Of a stretch of DNA of 64,000 bases, positions 18,201 through 27,112 are shown piece after piece (within the stretch, counting starts at the first letter, position 1; each line of letters starts with the position of its first letter). Source of the stretch: a bacterium (GTDB lineage: Bacteria > UBA8248 > JACPRG01 > G963555815); assembly GCA_965218795.1 (NCBI GenBank), contig OZ244653.1:2912001-2976000 (forward strand). Direction: 5' to 3'. The position numbers and the translations under genes are program-made. Below the pieces are notes generated by a model. The model made no database searches, had not been told where the DNA came from, and saw only the letters and a program-made list of their open reading frames with translations.

Positions 18201-20587
18201 GAGAGCCGTGCGCCCACGTCCGCCACCGTCAGGACATAGGTGCTCGCCGTCGCTCCCGCGATCTCTTCCGATCCGCGCAGCCACTGATACGCCCAAGCGC
18301 CACTCGGCGGTACCGCGCGGGCCGCTCGGCGGTACCGCGCTCGCCGCTCGTCAACCAACACCCTCAAGGTGTTTCCGACCTGCGGCACCCCGTCGATCCG
18401 CAGCGTCGACTCAACCGTCGGTTCCTCGTCGGCAATCGTGCCGGTCGCCTCGCCGTCAGCGATTGTCGCGCCCGACGCGTTGCTCAACCGGAGTGTGAAG
18501 ATTTCTCCGCTGTCGTCCTCTGCATCATTCAGAACGGCGACGCGGACCGTCTTGCTCGTCTCCCCGGGCCCAAAGGTGAGCGTCCCTTTGGCCCCGGTGT
18601 AGTCCTCGCCCGCGGTCGCAGTGCCGTCGACGGTTGTCCAATGGACCGTCTCGGTCGCGCAATCGTCCAAGGCGTTGAGCGTCACGGTGAAATCCATCGT
18701 CGCGTCGGGGCCCTCCGTAGCGCTCGCATCTGCAACCGACACCGTTCGGTTAATTGCGAATCGCAAGGTCCCAGACGCCGTATTGGGATTGCCCTCCAGA
18801 TCCGTAGCGACGCCGGCCGGAACCGTAACCGTCCACTGGCTGGTTTCTTCATCAGGCGTTGCCACGCCACCCGCAAACCAGCCACTCGCACCGTCTTGAC
18901 CCGGACTTGTGACATTGGTTATGAGGGTGACAACTTGGGGTTGACTCGTGATCTCCGTTTCCGCCCCCAAACGGAAACCCGTCACCACCTCATTGAAGGC
19001 AACATTGAAACCAAAGTTGCTCTTTCGCGGGTGGTGTTCTCTTGTGCATCTCAAGTTCGCTGTTGGATTGCCGTCCAGCCAAGCGGGCCCACCCGCATAG
19101 ATAGTCCAGATGTCGAACACCGCCGATGCCGTGTTCGCGTTGCCCTCCGCGTCCGTCGCCACTCCGGCCGGAACCGCAATCGTGATCTCACCTGTGAAGG
19201 TATCCGACCGCTGTATCGTTACCGTGTAGCGCGTTCCATCGCTGTTGCTCGACATGCTTTGGGCGGAGCCGTTTGTGACTTCCAGCTCGGACATCTCGAA
19301 CCCCGACACCGGCTCGCTGAACGTCACCACGGCGACGAAATCATCTGTGCTATGCGGTTCAAATTGCTCACTCGTCACCGTCACTGTCGGCGGTCCAGGC
19401 CGCTCGGTATCAGCGACGTCGTCATTGGTGATCGTGCCTGCCGCCGTAGCGTCGACGATCGTCGCGCCCAAGGCGCGGCTGAGTTGCAGTGTGAAGGTTT
19501 CGTCGCTCTCTGGTCCCGTATCGTCCAGCACGGCGACGCTGACCGTCTTGGTCGTCTCCCCGGGTCCGAAGGTGAGCGTCCCGCTCGCCGCAGTGTAGTC
19601 CGTGCCGGCGATTGCGGTGCCGTCCGCTGTGGTCCAGTCCACCGTCGCGGTCTCGCAATCGTTTCTGGCGTCGAGCGTCACAATGAAGCCAACTTTTGCG
19701 TCGGTTCCCTCAGTGGCCCTCGCGTCCGCGACCGACACCTTGCGGTTTCGCGCGATGTGCAGGGTCTGAGGCGCGGTGTTGGAATTTCCCACCTCGTCCG
19801 TAGCCTTGCCGGCTGGAACCGTAATGGTCGTCTCCCCACCCGCTGGCTCCGGCTCCACATTAAGTGTGTAGATCCACCAATCGCCGTTGAACCATGGCCG
19901 AGTGTTGACAAGCGACAACGCCTGCGGAAGGCGGATGTTGGTATACTGGATATCGTTCTCATCGAACCCCAGGACCGGTTCGCTGATTGCGATTTTCACC
20001 TGCGTCTCGCTGTCTGAATCCGGCGTCTCGACCCCGCAAATCACCCGCACGTTTGGAGGGTCCGTATCGGTGGTCAACGTGAACGACGCGGTGAGCGTCG
20101 TCTGCAGCGGGCCGTACATATCCGCCGCTGGATAGGCCCTAGCTCTCAACTGATAGGTCCCTGCTGGAAGGGAACGGCCAATTATGTCCTCGAACAGCGT
20201 GAAGGGCGCGGTGTTGTCGACGCGCGATATGGTTTGAGGACCTGTGAGCTCCAGTCGCACACTGCCAAGTGTATTCAACGCGGACTCGAAGGCGCGAAGG
20301 TTCACTTTCTTCCCGGCGGTCACGCCCGCACGCGCCATAGACCCGCCTACGCCCATGAGCCCGTAGGAATATGCACGACTCGCTTGCTGCTCATCGGAGA
20401 GTCCCGCGAAGTCGGGAGTGTCCCTGTAATCGGGATGGACCGACATGATCGCCAGGTCGGTGATTGCGTCCGTAGCATATGCGGTACTCCACGGCGTTGA
20501 GGCCACCAGAAAGACAAGAGCACCGAAGGTCAGAGCGAATGAGCGGATGCATACCCGCATACGGTTCGACCGGATGAATCGGGACAT
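15269..20587 (-). CDS. Large autotransporter-like surface protein with Calx-beta and Ig-like repeats
   Basis: Signal peptide, three Calx-beta-type repeats (TADGTA.AG.DY), Ig-like repeats (FSEPV.GF, VPAG.ATD), two LTASF.DVPAEHDGE repeats, and a WLSRFGRTVA linker plus C-terminal beta-barrel ending in W. Start set at ATG 20587 (track start is 20698). Confidence 0.85.
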   Translation of the reverse strand: MSRFIRSNRMRVCIRSFALTFGALVFLVASTPWSTAYATDAITDLAIMSVHPDYRDTPDFAGLSDEQQASRAYSYGLMGVGGSMARAGVTAGKKVNLRAFESALNTLGSVRLELTGPQTISRVDNTAPFTLFEDIIGRSLPAGTYQLRARAYPAADMYGPLQTTLTASFTLTTDTDPPNVRVICGVETPDSDSETQVKIAISEPVLGFDENDIQYTNIRLPQALSLVNTRPWFNGDWWIYTLNVEPEPAGGETTITVPAGKATDEVGNSNTAPQTLHIARNRKVSVADARATEGTDAKVGFIVTLDARNDCETATVDWTTADGTAIAGTDYTAASGTLTFGPGETTKTVSVAVLDDTGPESDETFTLQLSRALGATIVDATAAGTITNDDVADTERPGPPTVTVTSEQFEPHSTDDFVAVVTFSEPVSGFEMSELEVTNGSAQSMSSNSDGTRYTVTIQRSDTFTGEITIAVPAGVATDAEGNANTASAVFDIWTIYAGGPAWLDGNPTANLRCTREHHPRKSNFGFNVAFNEVVTGFRLGAETEITSQPQVVTLITNVTSPGQDGASGWFAGGVATPDEETSQWTVTVPAGVATDLEGNPNTASGTLRFAINRTVSVADASATEGPDATMDFTVTLNALDDCATETVHWTTVDGTATAGEDYTGAKGTLTFGPGETSKTVRVAVLNDAEDDSGEIFTLRLSNASGATIADGEATGTIADEEPTVESTLRIDGVPQVGNTLRVLVDERRARYRRAARAVPPSGAWAYQWLRGSEEIAGATASTYVLTVADVGARLSVRVESGDGSVTNAETPPVWSAPVNPPLADGEEELLSATVTLGSHQFPFSVAGYGRMLGESFGEMDVVSFEDGGATYAIDAFLVNSRGLFALATGSTLPDASGLVAYWNGYRISGLEASSVKRGKLPMLVGPTPQPSSEYSRYEDGASDGVQVAVSLRRESAAAQNALTASFEDVPAEHDGESLFRFRVAFSEPIAISFRSLREDAFTVTGGRVTRGRRVDRRKDLFEITVEPDGAGDVSITLPAGRECTVSGAICTWGPPRKPLTNTPTTTVAGPAEETGPAPLTASFVDVPAEHDGESAFTFRIAFSERIGWMNGRRLREDVVAVAGGRATSASRVDRRRDLWQVTVEPDSLADVTVTLAAGAACRTPAAVCTSDGRALSNTISTTVRGPVAVSVADARAREGADETIDFAVTLSRAASVTVAVAYATADGTATAGEDYTRSGGALSFDPGETAKTVSVPVLDDAVDEGEETFTLRLTSASGAVIADGVATGAIENSDPLQKMWLSRFGRTVAGQVVDAVSGRLSGPPQGSRVTLGGRSIDLSAGTVDARRALAGAPGAEDVEARSGSRADLDTAGTTSRTLTGRELLLGSSFHLTAGGGEDGGPGFAAWGRVTVGGFDAKAPADKGKVRLDGEVTTGILGADAQWERWLAGVAVSVSRGKGAFDQPDVDSGKIESTLTSVNPYVRVTLSDRLSAWGLLGYGTGDMTVRGNSSVRTDLSMRLGAAGARGAVLEAGETGLIDLALRGDAFWVRMESEKAANTVATKADASRLRLVLEAGRAFALGEGAALTPGLEVGLRHDGGDAETGTGIEVGGRIRFADAGSGLTVEASVRALIAHEDGSYEEWGAGGSVRFNPGASGRGLSLTLAPVWGTPSSGVERLWSARDAAGLVREEAFEAERRLEAELGYGLGVPRGLGLVTPYAGLSLADGGGRSWRTGARWLVAPDVTFSLEGTRREPANDDAPEHGLMLRGTIRW

Positions 20588-20913
20588 GTTCACGAACCTC
20601 CAGAAATTTCGACGGGCGGGGAATGCGGGTCGCTGCTGGCGCGGAGGCAAAGACGGAATGATGTGCATCCGCCACGCGGCCGAGTGCTCAACCGGCACGC
20701 GCGCGCAGGGGCGCGTCTCGCCGCGGCGGCCAGCGTTCGGGCGGAGCGGAGAGGCGAGCGTGCGAGACCCGCCGGCCGACCGGCGGCAGATGCATATGTA
20801 TAAGGAGAGGCGTCGCCGCCCCGATGGGGCGGCCGGCGGTCAGGCGGCGTGGCGGGCGGCGTTGCTCCTGCGGCCGAGGCGCTCGGGCGAGGCGTCCCGC
20901 TGGCCGGAACTCC

Positions 20914-20997
20914 GAGGCTTGAGGCTTGAGGCTTGAGGCTTGAGGCTTGAGGCTTGAGGCTTGAGGCTTGAGGCTTGAGGCTTGAGGCTTGAGGCTT
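20914..20997. repeat. Heptanucleotide microsatellite (GAGGCTT)x12
   Basis: Twelve perfect copies counted directly, followed by a partial copy and a T-run. Confidence 0.95.
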
Positions 20998-21226
20998 GAG
21001 CTTTTTTATTTAAGCCGAACATTTCACACAAAGTCAAGTCTATCTCCGACTCCCCCCGCAATCTCATTCGGTCCTCCCGTCCGCTAGTTTCAGGAAGCCC
21101 CGCATGAAACCGGTATATCGGGCTTCGGTGACGCGTCGAATGACACCGGACGCCGACCCTCGGTCCGGAACTTCAAGCGTGTCCACACCAGAGTTTGATC
21201 ACCTAGTAGGATAGGCGTGGCTCATC

Positions 21227-21301
21227 CGAGTTGTGAAACGGAAAGTTTTTGGGCTATGGGATATTTCAGCTTGGGCAAATGTGCGGCCCTTGCCGCGGTC
21301 G
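21227..21301. repeat. ~75-bp imperfect direct repeat, copy 1 (copy 2 at 24288-24360)
   Basis: CGAGTTGTGAAACG...TGGGATATTTCAG.TTGGGCAAATG...CCCTTGCCGCGGTCG occurs at both places. Confidence 0.85.
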
Positions 21302-21723
21302 TTGCGGGGTCTCGACGGCGATGCGGGATGGAACGCGCGATGCGCACGGGCGTCGACGGGAAGGTGCCGTCGCTGTCGGCGCCGCACCGCGACATGGAGT
21401 TGAAGGTGCCGACGAAGCCGGGACGGCGCGCAATGGCGCCTAAATGGATCGAACAGGCTTTCAGCAGCCTGTCCGAGTATCCCCAATAGTGAACGGCAGC
21501 GCCGAGCAATCGGCCAAACCCAGCGACCCGTCGCAGCTCCACGGTACGGTTGTCCGGCGTCGCGGAAGTCCACGCTTTATCACGGCCGTAAACCCCAAAC
21601 GATTGACGCCCCTCTCTACTTCTTAACAATCAAGCGGTTCTCCATTGGCAACTGACGAATCTCGATCACACGAACCTTTATTTTTTCAGGGGAGAAGGTC
21701 AGAGGTACTCGCCTGGCGGCCGT

Positions 21724-23049
21724 CTAGAAGTCATACTTCATGCCGAGCTGGATGCGCGAGGCTTGGCCGTCCGTCGCCTTGGTCGGGTCGACCACCTTGC
21801 CGTCGACTTGGGGGTTGGCCTCGCGCCAGCCGTGCATGAACTCCAGTCCGACGGTGAGCCGCGGTACCGGGTTCCAGAAGACGTTGGCGTGCAACGACCG
21901 CAACCCCGTGTTTTCCGTTGCCGCAGCCTTGGCGGCCAACCCGTTATTGGTGTCGTGGTTGACCCATCCGTAATGGAGGCCCGAGCGCAAGCTGTCGGTC
22001 CACCTATGCGTGATGCCGACGAACCCGCCCATCATGGCCTGGCCCTCGAGCTTGCTGTCCTTCAAGGTCGCGATGGCTCCGCCACCGACCAGGTAGCCCG
22101 CTATGCCGCTGCCTATGTTGACCGTGGCCATCAGCCTGGTGCCTTCGGCTACGTTGACATGGGCGCCTGCATGGAATCCGTAGACGACCAGGCTGTCGTC
22201 TGCGGTACTGACCTCGCGCAGCACACCGCTCAAATTGACAGCGCCCCAGCCAGGCCGGTAACGCAAAGCCGCCAGGAAATTCGGCATCCGGTCACCCGAG
22301 TCCGACGTTTGAACACTATCGTCATCGACTTTCAATTTCGCCTGCAGGATCGTACCGCTGGGTGTCTCGACCGCGATCTGGCCGGTGAGATTCTTCCCCA
22401 AGTTTCGGGTATACCGGAACTGGGGCTTGCGAGAGATGATCATCCCTACCGGTCCCTCGGAATCCACCGTCGAGGCAAACGTGTCTTCTTCCATGAGAAT
22501 CGACCAGGTCTGCCCCGCGAGCGCTCCGCCGACCGCGCCATAGGCGTGGCGCAGCCTGAGGACATTGCCGCCACCGAAGAAATCGGTTTCGATCCGCGTG
22601 GTCAGAGGCCCCCATGTCGTGGCCGTATGGCTGTCGAACCGGAGGCGCGACTGCCTGGCGTGGAAAGTGAAACTCCCGTCCTTGCTGTCGGATTTGGCGC
22701 CATCAAGCTCAATTTTACCGACAGCAAAGGCGGGGCCGAGATTGTTGCGGGTGTCGTAGATCGTATCGCCTTTGACAAAGCCACCAAAAGAGAGCGAGGT
22801 GTCGGACCCCGGTACCTTCCAGGAACCGGGGCGGTTCCCGGCGACCACAGCCTTCGCCGAGGCGGCTGATTTCATCTTCAGTTCTGCCTGCTTCTGCGAG
22901 GCCTCGAGCCGAGCCAGCCGTTCACGAAGAGCTTCAATCTGCGCCTTCAACTCGTCGATCTCTGCGGCGTTGACCGACGCAACGCCCAGGATGACCGCAG
23001 TGCCCACACCGATCAGCGCGGCCTTAACATGAACTTTTCCGATCACCAT
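21724..23049 (-). CDS. DcaP-family outer membrane porin
   Basis: Signal peptide, coiled coil, GFVKGD, ARQSRL, IETDF, LRLRHAY and GQTWS motifs, C-terminal F. Confidence 0.85.
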   Translation of the reverse strand: MVIGKVHVKAALIGVGTAVILGVASVNAAEIDELKAQIEALRERLARLEASQKQAELKMKSAASAKAVVAGNRPGSWKVPGSDTSLSFGGFVKGDTIYDTRNNLGPAFAVGKIELDGAKSDSKDGSFTFHARQSRLRFDSHTATTWGPLTTRIETDFFGGGNVLRLRHAYGAVGGALAGQTWSILMEEDTFASTVDSEGPVGMIISRKPQFRYTRNLGKNLTGQIAVETPSGTILQAKLKVDDDSVQTSDSGDRMPNFLAALRYRPGWGAVNLSGVLREVSTADDSLVVYGFHAGAHVNVAEGTRLMATVNIGSGIAGYLVGGGAIATLKDSKLEGQAMMGGFVGITHRWTDSLRSGLHYGWVNHDTNNGLAAKAAATENTGLRSLHANVFWNPVPRLTVGLEFMHGWREANPQVDGKVVDPTKATDGQASRIQLGMKYDF

Positions 23050-23330
23050 TAGAAAGTGCCTCTTTTCAAATCAACGTGTTGACACCATTTCCCGACACAC
23101 ACATGCCGGGCCATTGCGAACGTCTCGTGGAATAAGAGAAGTCCCCGCTTATTCACCAAGCTTATGGAGCTACCCTGAACTGGACAGAAGGCTATCGTAT
23201 TCAGCTGCCAGTATCAGCATGTCTCACACGAGCGTCGACGGGGAGGTGCCGCCGGGGCGGCGCGGAGTGGCGCTTCACGACCCCGTCCAGCCTGAAACGA
23301 AGCCCGTCGTCCTGTTCCCCGGCGGCCGGT

Positions 23331-24269
23331 TCAAGCCTCCTTCAGTATCCAGTCCCGGAATGCCTGGACTCCCGGATTGCGCCTCGAGTCGGCTGTCGTG
23401 ATGAGGCAGCACCGCGCGGGTGCTTCGACCTGCCGGTCGAACACAGGGACCAGCGCGCCCCGTTCCATCTCTTGCTCGATCACCCTCGAGTGTCCGATAG
23501 CCGTGCCGATGCCCTCCACGGCGGCGGCGACCACCATGCTGTAGAGGCGGAAGCCCGACGCCCGCGACAGGTCCGGCGACGGTGCGCCCTGGCGCGCGAA
23601 CCAGTACGGCCAGTCGGTGTCCCATCCGAGATCGTACAGCAGGGGCCAGCCGTGCAGGTCGGCCGGGGCGACGGGCCTTCTGCGCGCCTCGATAAGGGCC
23701 GGACTGCAGACCGGAAGCAGGTCCTCCTCGTACAGCGTCTCCTCGAACAGCCCCTCCGGGCGCGGCGCAGCGGTCTCGCCCACATAGGCGATCCACAAAT
23801 CGAAATCGCGCCTGGCCGGGTCGACGCCGCGATGGTTGGTCTCCAACTCGATGACGACGCCGGGGTGGGACAGCTTGAAATTCGCGAGCCTCGGCATGAG
23901 CCACTTCTCGGCCACGGCCTCGACCGAAACCAGTTTCAGCCGCTGGGTCCCGGAATCGCCGCGGCGGCGTTCCGTGGCGACCTGGACCTCGGCCAGAATG
24001 CGCTGGACATCCTTCAGATACGCCTTGCCGCGCCCGTTCAGGCGGACGCCGCGATAACCGCGCTCGAACAGCGCGCCACCGAGATGCTCTTCGAGTACCT
24101 TGATGCGGTGCGCAACGGCCGACGATGAGACGTGGAGTTCCTCAGCCGCCTTGGCGAAGCTCTCGCGGCGGGCCGCGACTTCGAAAAAGCGCAGGCATTC
24201 AAGCGGTGGAAGGGGCGGCATGGTCTCGGAGCTTCGAACAGGAATGGTTGTCCATTTGATCGCCTGCAA
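23331..24269 (-). CDS. LysR family transcriptional regulator (GcvA-like)
   Basis: LPPLECLRFFEVAARRESFAKAAEELHVS HTH plus substrate-binding domain. Confidence 0.9.
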   Translation of the reverse strand: MQAIKWTTIPVRSSETMPPLPPLECLRFFEVAARRESFAKAAEELHVSSSAVAHRIKVLEEHLGGALFERGYRGVRLNGRGKAYLKDVQRILAEVQVATERRRGDSGTQRLKLVSVEAVAEKWLMPRLANFKLSHPGVVIELETNHRGVDPARRDFDLWIAYVGETAAPRPEGLFEETLYEEDLLPVCSPALIEARRRPVAPADLHGWPLLYDLGWDTDWPYWFARQGAPSPDLSRASGFRLYSMVVAAAVEGIGTAIGHSRVIEQEMERGALVPVFDRQVEAPARCCLITTADSRRNPGVQAFRDWILKEA

Positions 24270-24287
24270 GGATAAGCGTACTTCACA

Positions 24288-24360
24288 CGAGTTGTGAAAC
24301 GTAATTCTTTGGGACCATGGGATATTTCAGTTTGGGCAAATGCGACCCTTGCCGCGGTCG
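24288..24360. repeat. ~75-bp imperfect direct repeat, copy 2 (upstream of the LysR gene)
   Basis: Matches 21227-21301. Confidence 0.85.
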
Positions 24361-24987
24361 ATAGCCCGCGCGTCTTCCTGAAACAACCGTACGCGCGACG
24401 GCGGCTTCAGGCCGGGTGGGGTGGTGATGCTCGACTTCGAACGGTTCATCGCAAACTGTCGCATGCGAACGAGGAGGCGGGGTCGCAGATGGATTGCGGG
24501 CGGCCGTAGCGGGAATACTTCCCGCAACACGACCCGGGTGTGGGGCCGATGCCAGCGGATGCGACGGATCCTGTGCTTGAGATCGACAGAAATCGGTCTT
24601 CGCGCCGAGCCCCTCGAGAAACGGGAAGTACCCGCCGCTACGACACCCCCGGAAACCGGGAAGGGAAGCTTCGATCATACGCCGGACAATCCAATGGCGA
24701 TGGCGAGGGAAACTGCAAGGCCGTGACGATGTCGAGCGGCTTGGCGCTGTCGTCCGGCAACATCCGAGACTTGCGTCTTCGACGCTACATGGTCTCCGGC
24801 ATTCAATCGATGTGGGCGGCAATGCCTGATGCGATCTCCGCGTGTGTCTGACCGGCTCTGATCCGTTCTCTGATCTCGAGGCGATCACTCCGGTTTAGCC
24901 TTCCATGCTCCTCCCGTGGCCGCATCACCACCCCCTGGCAATGAGTTGATCATTACCAAGATGTTGCGTCGACCACTTGAGACCGCC

Positions 24988-25060
24988 CCCTGGCGGTAGG
25001 ACTCGAACCTACAACCTGTCGGTTAACAGCCGACTGCTCTGCCAATTGAACTACGCCGCG
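24988..25060 (-). tRNA. tRNA-Asn(GTT), degenerate acceptor stem, no encoded CCA
   Basis: D arm GTTC/GAGC, anticodon stem GTCGG/CCGAC with loop CTGTTAA, and T arm GTAGG-TTCGAGT-CCTAC are intact; acceptor CGCGGCG/CGCCAGG has mismatches at 2:71 and 3:70. Confidence 0.75.
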
Positions 25061-25173
25061 AGGCGGCTCGGGGGGCGATCTGATAGAGATCACATCGCGT
25101 ACTCCATCGACTTTCATCTTGCATGGGCCGCTCATACTGTGTTATTTTCGCTTTTTATTCTCCTCGGTGAGCT

Positions 25174-26412
25174 ATGCGCCGACCAACCAAACCGAAGCGG
25201 CTCTATATCGATTTCGATGGCTTTTTCGCGTCCTGCGAGGAGCAGGCGGACCCCGGCCTGCACGGCCGCCCCGTTGGAGTCATACCGTTTGCGGGGGCGC
25301 GCAACAGTTGCGTGATCGCTGCAAACGCAGCGGCCAAGAGGTTCGGCGTCACGACCGGGACTTCAATCGCCGAGGCGCGCCGGTTGTGCCCCCGGATAGC
25401 TCTCCCGCCGCAGCGGCCGGATCTGTACGTCCGGATCCACCACCGGATCGTGGCTGCGGTGCTCTCCGTGTTGCCGCTTGATGTCGTTTGCTCGATCGAC
25501 GAGTGCGCCGCCGTTCTGGGGAATCGGGACTGCCCTGAAGAGATCGCGGGAAGGATCAAGAGCCGCGTGCGAGCAGCAGTCGGGGAACGCATCACCTGCT
25601 CCATCGGCTGTGCGCCCAACAGGTGGCTCGCCAAGATCGCCGCAGGCCTGGAAAAGCCGGACGGTCTGACGGTGCTGCTTCCCGGCGACCTGCCGGGTCC
25701 TCTGCTCCACCTCGGGCTGGAGGCGTTGCCCGGGGTCGGCAGGCGCATACGCGCACGTTTGAAGCGGAGTGGGATAACGACGATCGAGGACATTTGGAAC
25801 AGTGAGCCCGGACGGCTGAGTTCGGTCTGGGGCAATGTGACCGGCGCGCGTTGTTGGTACGCGCTCCACGGCTACGCCGTGGAACCACCGGTGACGCAAC
25901 GCGGCTCGATCGGCCACGGCCGGGTCCTGCCTCCAGGGGAGCGCAACGCGCAGTCCGCCCGGCCGATGGCCAGGCAACTGGTGGTGAAGGCGGCCCGGCG
26001 CCTGCGCCGGGAGGGGTTCCTCGCCCGGAGGCTCACCCTGTCGGCCGACTGTTTCGATGCGCCCTCCTGGACGGCCTCGACGGTCGTCGCAAGAGCGAAC
26101 GATGATCTGACCTGCCTCGACGCCATCTCGGCGCTCTGGGCCGCACTCACCACGGCGCGGAGCCGGGCCACCCTGTTCCGGATCGCCGTGTCGTTCGACC
26201 GATTCATCCCGTCGGATGAAGCGCAGCTCGAACTGCCTCTTGAAAAGCCGGACGACAGGCGCCGGCTGACAAGGCTGAGCGCCGCCGTCGATTCGATCAA
26301 TGGCCGCTATGCGCGCACCGTCGTCGGCTACGGCGGGTGTGCTCCTCCGGGCGGCTACGCGGGGGCCAAGATTGCGTACGGCCGCGTTCCTCAACTGGAG
26401 GATTTCCAGTAG
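25174..26412 (+). CDS. Y-family DNA polymerase (DinB/UmuC-like)
   Basis: YIDFDGFFASCE, SIDE and LAKIA..LEKPDG motifs. Confidence 0.9.
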   Translation: MRRPTKPKRLYIDFDGFFASCEEQADPGLHGRPVGVIPFAGARNSCVIAANAAAKRFGVTTGTSIAEARRLCPRIALPPQRPDLYVRIHHRIVAAVLSVLPLDVVCSIDECAAVLGNRDCPEEIAGRIKSRVRAAVGERITCSIGCAPNRWLAKIAAGLEKPDGLTVLLPGDLPGPLLHLGLEALPGVGRRIRARLKRSGITTIEDIWNSEPGRLSSVWGNVTGARCWYALHGYAVEPPVTQRGSIGHGRVLPPGERNAQSARPMARQLVVKAARRLRREGFLARRLTLSADCFDAPSWTASTVVARANDDLTCLDAISALWAALTTARSRATLFRIAVSFDRFIPSDEAQLELPLEKPDDRRRLTRLSAAVDSINGRYARTVVGYGGCAPPGGYAGAKIAYGRVPQLEDFQ

Positions 26413-26663
26413 TGGCGCTTTGTTTGGGCGATTATGCCGAGGGCGACTGGTATTTCATCGCGGTATGCAAGACCTGCGGCCGGGAGACGGCCTTGGAGCC
26501 CGCCGAGCTCCTGGCCCGGCCGGGGACGGAAAAAGTGCATCGCGGAATGCGCGTGGAAGACCTGGAGCCCCTCCTGCGCTGCCGGGAATGCCACTGTAGG
26601 AAGGCGCATCTCGAACCGGTCGCCAGAATTCGCAAGCAGGGTTTCGTCGGTGGGATGATCTGA
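26412..26663 (+). CDS. Small zinc-ribbon-like protein
   Basis: GTG start overlaps the polymerase stop; CKTC and CREC pairs. Confidence 0.6.
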   Translation: MALCLGDYAEGDWYFIAVCKTCGRETALEPAELLARPGTEKVHRGMRVEDLEPLLRCRECHCRKAHLEPVARIRKQGFVGGMI

Positions 26664-26694
26664 AAGGCAAGACGCTTTTCGATAATGCCGGGTA

Positions 26695-27035
26695 TGAGGT
26701 GACCCCTTCAAACGAGACCAGTTTATAAATTAGTATTTCTGGATTTTCGGAAGGAGGCGAAGGATGGCGAGGAAGCGGTTTACGGCCGAGCAGATCGTCC
26801 TCAAGCTGCGAGAGGCGGAGGTGGCCCAAGCCCTGGGGAAGACGGTGGTCCAGGTGTACAAGCAGATTGGGGTGACCGAGCAGACCGACTACCGGTGGAG
26901 GAAGGAGTATGGGGGTCTGAGGATGGACCAGGCCAAGCGTCTGAAGTCGCTGGAGAAGGAAAACGCCCGTCTGGAGAAGCTGGTAGCGGGACTGCCTCGT
27001 GTTGGGACAGGCCAGAACCACCCAGCGAATAGTTC
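26695..27035 (+). mobile_element. IS3-family remnant (left IR plus orfA, internally deleted)
   Basis: TGAGGTGACCCCTTCAAACGAGACCA end; OrfA near-identical to 32885-33163; jumps to the orfB start and breaks off. Confidence 0.85.
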
Positions 27036-27112
27036 GTTCAGGCCGGCAATCTGATCAAGCAGAACACGGCCCAGCTCCCGGACCGCCTCACCCCGCTCGC
27101 ACGAATCTATGA

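Noticed and set aside
20914-21000. Repeat array as CRISPR or as coding (QASSLKP ORF 20840-21067)
   Set aside because: No spacers and no cas genes; the ORF is simply a translation of the microsatellite.
25125-25170. LexA box upstream of the Y-polymerase
   Set aside because: TACTGT is present but there is no matching CAG half-site at the canonical spacing.
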